Source: an uncultured Verrucomicrobiae bacterium (lineage in GTDB: Bacteria; Verrucomicrobiota; Verrucomicrobiia; Chthoniobacterales; Chthoniobacteraceae). Taken from it: DNA of 64,000 nt. The position numbers and the translations under genes were made by a program. Positions 59,589 to 64,000 of the stretch are shown here, in pieces; position 1 is the stretch's first letter, and the number at the start of each line of letters is the position of its first letter. Under the pieces are notes generated by a model, which saw nothing but the letters and a program-made list of their open reading frames with translations, made no database searches and was not told the origin of the DNA. Location of the stretch: NCBI GenBank assembly GCA_963836755.1, contig CAWIKF010000002.1, positions 832,001 to 896,000 on the forward strand, read 5' to 3'.

Positions 59589-60800
59589 ATGTCGCACTTC
59601 ATCGAAATCTGCGGCGGCGTGACCGCGCCCGATGGCTTCATCGCCGGCAGCGCGTTTTGTGGAATCAAAACTTCCAACAAAGAAAAGCCGGACATCGCGC
59701 TGATTTTTTCATCGGCGCCCGCCGTTGCCGCGGCAACTTTTACGACGAACAAAGTCAAGGCCGCTCCGGTGCGCGTTTCGATGGCGCACATGCGCGGCGC
59801 TGACATTCGCGCGATCCTCGCGAACAGCGGCAACGCCAATGCCTGCACCGGCGTGAAAGGCATCCAGCACGCGAAGCGGATGGCGCTCGCGGCGGCGCGC
59901 GCGCTCGACCTGCGCGAGCGGCAGGTGCTGGTTTGTTCCACTGGGCGCATCGGCGTGGAATTGCCGATCGCGAAAATGGAGGAAACAATTTCGCGGATGC
60001 CAAAAGCGCTGCAAAAAGACGGCAGTCTCAAGGCCGCGCACGCGATCATGACGAGCGATACTTTTGCAAAGGAAGTCGCCGTCGAATTCAACCTTGATGG
60101 CAAGCGCGTGCGCATCGGCGCGATCGCGAAAGGCGCGGGCATGATCGATCCAAACATGGCGACGATGCTCTGTTTCATCACCACCGACGCGGCGATTGGC
60201 AAAAAAGATTTGCAGCGCGCGGTCTCAATCGCTGTCGAGCAATCGTTTAACCGAATCACAATCGATGGCGACATGAGCACGAATGACACCGTCATTGCGC
60301 TGGCGAATGGATTGGCCCGGAATCCTTTATTGAAAAGCGTCGGCGCCGATTCGAAAAAATTTCAGTGCGCACTCAACTACGTGACCGGCAAGCTTGCGCG
60401 AATGATCGTGGAAGATGGCGAGGGCGTGACGAAATTCATCGAACTGGCCGTGAAAGGCGCTGCGACTTACGAAGGCGCGCGCAAGGCGGCAGAGGCTGTC
60501 GCAAATTCCACACTCGTCAAATGCGCCTGGTTCGGCGGCGATCCGAACTGGGGCCGGATCATGGACGCGATCGGCTACTCGAGCGCGCGGATCCGCGAGG
60601 AGCTGGTCGATATTTATTACGATGGATTGATCGCCGTGAAAAATGGCCTCGCGAGCAAAACCCCATTTGCGGAGCTCGAGAAAATCGTGCGGCAGCCGAA
60701 GTTTACGATCACGATTGACCTGCACCTCGGCGCGGCAGATTACTGGGTTTTTACGACCGATTTGAGCACGCGTTACGTGGAGTTAAACATGGGCGAATAA
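59589..60800 (+). CDS. argJ: Bifunctional ornithine acetyltransferase
   Basis: NSGNANACTG, KGAGMIDPNMATML, DGDMSTNDT, DGEG, DPNWGRI. Confidence 0.96.
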   Translation: MSHFIEICGGVTAPDGFIAGSAFCGIKTSNKEKPDIALIFSSAPAVAAATFTTNKVKAAPVRVSMAHMRGADIRAILANSGNANACTGVKGIQHAKRMALAAARALDLRERQVLVCSTGRIGVELPIAKMEETISRMPKALQKDGSLKAAHAIMTSDTFAKEVAVEFNLDGKRVRIGAIAKGAGMIDPNMATMLCFITTDAAIGKKDLQRAVSIAVEQSFNRITIDGDMSTNDTVIALANGLARNPLLKSVGADSKKFQCALNYVTGKLARMIVEDGEGVTKFIELAVKGAATYEGARKAAEAVANSTLVKCAWFGGDPNWGRIMDAIGYSSARIREELVDIYYDGLIAVKNGLASKTPFAELEKIVRQPKFTITIDLHLGAADYWVFTTDLSTRYVELNMGE

Positions 60801-60820
60801 TCGCGCAGGATCTTTTTTAC

Positions 60821-61699
60821 ATGTCTCAAGTCCCATTGCTGCATCGTGTCGAGGCGCTCGTCGAAGCGCTGCCTTACATCCAGAAATATCGCGGCCAGCT
60901 CGTCGTCATCAAATACGGCGGCAGCGCGATGGAGGATGAGCAAACGGTCGAGCGGCTGCTGCGTGACATCGTTTTTCTCGAGGCTGTCGGCATCAATCCC
61001 GTGCTCGTCCACGGCGGCGGAAAGGCGATCACCGACAAAATGCGCGAAGCGGGACTGAAGGCAAAGTTTGTGAATGGCCTGCGCGTGACTGATGAACAGA
61101 CGATACGCATCGTTGAACACGTGCTCGATGACGAGGTGAACCCGAAAATCGTCGAGAAACTCAACGAGTTCGGTGCGCACGCCGTCGGATTTTCCGGCCG
61201 GCGTATTTTTCGCGCGAGGAAATTGCCGCCGCAGTCCGACGCGCATCATGCTGCGGTCGATCTCGGCTTTACAGGCGAGGTGATCAGTTTGACAGTAGAT
61301 GAAGTGCGCGCGGCGGTGGCGCAGGAAAAAGTTCCCGTCATTTCGCCGATTTCGCAAGGCGAAGACGGCGCGACTTACAACGTGAATGCCGATCTCGCCG
61401 CCGGCGCGATTGCGGGCGCGCTGCAAGCTGCGAAGCTGGTTTACCTGAGCGACGTGCCCGGCATCATGCGCGACCCGGAGGAAAAAGATTCGCTGATTCC
61501 GTCGGTGAATCGCGAGATGATCGAGACGCTCATCGAGGACGAAGTGATCCAGGGTGGAATGGTGCCGAAGGTGAAATCGGCGCAGCTGGCGATTGAACAA
61601 GGCGTTAACAAAGTGCATTTGGTGGACGGGCGCGTGCCGCATTCGCTGCTGCTGGAAATTTTTACAAACGCCGGCATCGGCACGGAAATCATCGCCTGA
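60821..61699 (+). CDS. argB: Acetylglutamate kinase
   Basis: EALPYIQ, IKYGGSAM, VHGGG, GLRVTD, NVNAD, GGMVPK. Confidence 0.96.
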   Translation: MSQVPLLHRVEALVEALPYIQKYRGQLVVIKYGGSAMEDEQTVERLLRDIVFLEAVGINPVLVHGGGKAITDKMREAGLKAKFVNGLRVTDEQTIRIVEHVLDDEVNPKIVEKLNEFGAHAVGFSGRRIFRARKLPPQSDAHHAAVDLGFTGEVISLTVDEVRAAVAQEKVPVISPISQGEDGATYNVNADLAAGAIAGALQAAKLVYLSDVPGIMRDPEEKDSLIPSVNREMIETLIEDEVIQGGMVPKVKSAQLAIEQGVNKVHLVDGRVPHSLLLEIFTNAGIGTEIIA

Positions 61700-63012
61700 T
61701 GGACTTTGATTCCGCGGGAAAAACGCGCGCGCTGTTCGATCGCTTCGTCCTCCCGAATTATGGCCGATTTCCGCTCGAACTCGCGCGTGGCGCCGGTTGC
61801 CGCGTCTGGGATGAAGCAGGAAATGAGTATCTCGACTTTGGTGCGGGCATCGCCGTCTGCTCCATTGGTCACTGTCATCCGCGCGTGCTGGAGGCAATGT
61901 CGCAGCAGCTCGGCACGCTCGTTCACACCTCGAATTTATATTACACGCGGCCGCAGGGATTGCTCGCGAAGCGTCTGGTGGAGCTGGTTGGCGAGCCGGG
62001 AAAGATTTTTTTCTGCAACAGCGGTGCGGAGGCGAATGAAGCGCTTTACAAGCTCGCGCGGAAGTTTGGCAACGAAGGCGCTCCGCCCGCGCCGATTCAT
62101 ACCGTGGGCGAAGAAGTCGCGCCTGAGCAGAACCGCTTCGGCGTCATTTCATTCGACGGCTCATTTCATGGGCGCACGCTCGCGGGCATCGCGGCAACGG
62201 GTCAGGAAAAAGTAAAACGCGGGTTCGAGCCGATGGTCACCGGCTTTTCGCAAGTGCCATTCAATGACGCTCCTGCGCTGCTCGCCGCGATCCGGCCGGA
62301 CACCGCAGCCGTGCTGCTCGAGCCGATCCAGGGAGAAATCGGCGTCCGCCCGGCGACAGCACATTTTTTAACGACCGTTCGCTCGATTTGCGACGACCAC
62401 GGACTGCTTTTGCTCTTTGACGAAATCCAATGCGGGCTCGGCCGGACGGGCGATTGGTGCGGCTGGCGCAGCATCGCGCCCGACGTGGTGCCGGATGCTG
62501 TGAGCTGGGCGAAAGGCATCGCGGGCGGGTTTCCGCTCGGCGCGATCTGGGTGCGCGACAAAAAGATCGCTCTGAAAAATGGCGCGGAAATCTCGCTCGC
62601 AGATTTGCTCGGTCCGGGCTCGCACGGCACGACTTTCGGCGGCACGCCGCTCGTTTGCACCGGCGCGCTGGCGGTGCTCGACGTGATTGAAAAGGAAGGG
62701 CTGCTCGAAAATGCGCGCAACCTTGGCGCGCTTGCGCGAGAGCTGCTCGCGGAAATTGGCTCGCCGCTGATCCGTGAAATCCGCGGCGTCGGGCTCATGC
62801 TCGGCATCGAGTTGAGCGAAGGTTTTTCGGAAGAAACGAGCACGGGCGATCGCGCGCCGAGCTTGTGGCTGGTCGAGCGCTTGCACGCAGCGCGGCTGCT
62901 CACCGTCCCAAGCGGCACGCACGCGATTCGATGGCTGCCGCCACTGAATGTCTCGCGCCGCGAGATTGAGGAGGCCGTGGAGATTTTGCGCCGCGTGCTG
63001 TTTCAGGATTAG
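61699..63012 (+). CDS. argD: Acetylornithine aminotransferase
   Basis: FCNSGAEANE, SFHGRT, EPIQGE, DEIQCGLGRTG, AKGIAGG, HGTTFGG; lies in the arg operon. Confidence 0.92.
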   Translation: MDFDSAGKTRALFDRFVLPNYGRFPLELARGAGCRVWDEAGNEYLDFGAGIAVCSIGHCHPRVLEAMSQQLGTLVHTSNLYYTRPQGLLAKRLVELVGEPGKIFFCNSGAEANEALYKLARKFGNEGAPPAPIHTVGEEVAPEQNRFGVISFDGSFHGRTLAGIAATGQEKVKRGFEPMVTGFSQVPFNDAPALLAAIRPDTAAVLLEPIQGEIGVRPATAHFLTTVRSICDDHGLLLLFDEIQCGLGRTGDWCGWRSIAPDVVPDAVSWAKGIAGGFPLGAIWVRDKKIALKNGAEISLADLLGPGSHGTTFGGTPLVCTGALAVLDVIEKEGLLENARNLGALARELLAEIGSPLIREIRGVGLMLGIELSEGFSEETSTGDRAPSLWLVERLHAARLLTVPSGTHAIRWLPPLNVSRREIEEAVEILRRVLFQD

Positions 63013-63056
63013 CGTTCGCTCGGCGTCAAAGTTTCTCCAAACGCGCGCGAGATTTG

Positions 63057-63479
63057 ATGATTGATCCGGTTTCAAAATATCAGGCGATCCGCGACGAGAT
63101 TCGCGCGGAACACAATCTCATCGCCAATCGGCTGACGTGGTTTGTCACGTCGCAATCCTTTCTCGTTTCGGCTTTCGCAATCTCGCGCGGCAACAACTTC
63201 ACCTGGTTTCACTGGTTCTCGACGACGCTGTTGCCACTGCTCGGGTTCGTTTCTGCGGCGCTCGTTCTTCCATCGATTCTCGGCGCCATCGCGACCATCA
63301 AATTGTGGCACGAAAAGCTGCATCGATTTTTTGAAATGCATCCCGACTTGAAAGCCGCGCTCGCGCTGAAGCGCCCGCCATGGATTGAAAATCGCGGGCT
63401 ACTTTTTCCGAAGATGATGCCGCTGCTCTTCGCCACGTTCTGGCTGGTCATCGGAATCGCGAGCCGTTTTTTGCCATGA
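63057..63479 (+). CDS. Hypothetical membrane protein (about 3 TM)
   Basis: YQAIRDEIRAEHNLIANRLTWFVTSQSFL followed by hydrophobic helices. Confidence 0.75.
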   Translation: MIDPVSKYQAIRDEIRAEHNLIANRLTWFVTSQSFLVSAFAISRGNNFTWFHWFSTTLLPLLGFVSAALVLPSILGAIATIKLWHEKLHRFFEMHPDLKAALALKRPPWIENRGLLFPKMMPLLFATFWLVIGIASRFLP

Positions 63480-63585
63480 CTGCCCTGCATTCCTTTGCCA
63501 GCGTGGCTTCGCGAGCGCATCGCGTTTGGCGCAAACTTCGCTTGTCAATCGCCGCCGCACGCGCAAACTTCGCGGCTTTTAGAAA

Positions 63586-64000
63586 ATGAAACATCTGCTT
63601 TCCATCGAGGCGCTCGACGCGCGCGAGATTGCGCGGATCGTCGAGCTCGGCGGCGAGATGAAGGCGACGCGCGGCCGGCACGCGGCGCATCCGCTACGGC
63701 ATCAATGTTGGGCGCTGATGTTTTCAAAAAGCTCCACGCGGACGCGCGTGAGTTTTGAGGTCGGCATTCGCGAGCTCGGCGGCGACGTGATGTTTTTGTC
63801 CGCAGCCGACATTCAGCTCGGGCGCGGCGAGCCGATCAAGGACACGGCGCGCGTGATGGGTCGGATGTTGCACGGCGCGGTCATCCGAACTTTTGCGCAA
63901 AGCGACGTCGAGCAGTTCGCGAAATTTTCCGGCATTCCGACGATCAATGCGCTCACCGATGATGAGCATCCGTGCCAGATCCTCGCGGATCTTTTGACGA
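63586..64000 (+). CDS. argF: Ornithine carbamoyltransferase (3' end outside window)
   Basis: Open from ATG 63586: MKHLLSI…FSKSSTRTRVSFEVG…RGEPIKDTARV…INALTDDEHPCQILADL. Confidence 0.95.
   Translation, partial: MKHLLSIEALDAREIARIVELGGEMKATRGRHAAHPLRHQCWALMFSKSSTRTRVSFEVGIRELGGDVMFLSAADIQLGRGEPIKDTARVMGRMLHGAVIRTFAQSDVEQFAKFSGIPTINALTDDEHPCQILADLLT

Noticed and set aside
63495..63758. Frameshift in argF suggested by the ORF track
   Set aside because: argF is open from 63586 to the window end and is unlisted only because its stop codon lies outside.

Overview
High-GC bacterial chromosome segment. It is most likely a Verrucomicrobium of the Chthoniobacterales/Spartobacteria type; this is inferred from gene order, a PEP-CTERM protein, miaA-hflX without hfq and protein style, not from a database search. 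Most of the window is housekeeping: typA, gatCA, pyrD, mnmE, hisC, ffh-rpsP-khpA, purB, pdxH, pilT, prpBCD, mmsA, preA, plsX-fabH-rpmF, coaD, bioB, pdp-deoB, a REC/PP2C/hybrid-kinase cluster, miaA-hflX, hemW, actP, ilvD, obgE and argCJBD-x-F. Four accessory patches interrupt it. (1) 1-2491 is the right end of an integrated element: a CHC2-Toprim primase, a pseudogene, a DUF1778/GNAT toxin-antitoxin pair with its operator, and a tRNA-Ala-3'-like att core. (2) 24480-25800 is a mosaic in which two collinear fragments of the neighbouring NCS1 gene bracket a foreign gene, followed by a dead BamHI-type methyltransferase fragment. (3) 29350-30980 holds small orphan genes. (4) 55180-57330 has six degenerate 41-bp double-palindrome repeats followed by small cassette-like genes with attC-like ends. 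Other highlights: an unlisted 59-aa ORF with a consensus sigma-54 promoter and enhancer-like sites, a plant PYD1-like dihydropyrimidine dehydrogenase without PreT or an Fe-S tail, a C-rich/G-rich skew flip around the internal variable patches, and five +1 indels (gatC, NCS1 x3, mmsA) that are probably consensus errors.
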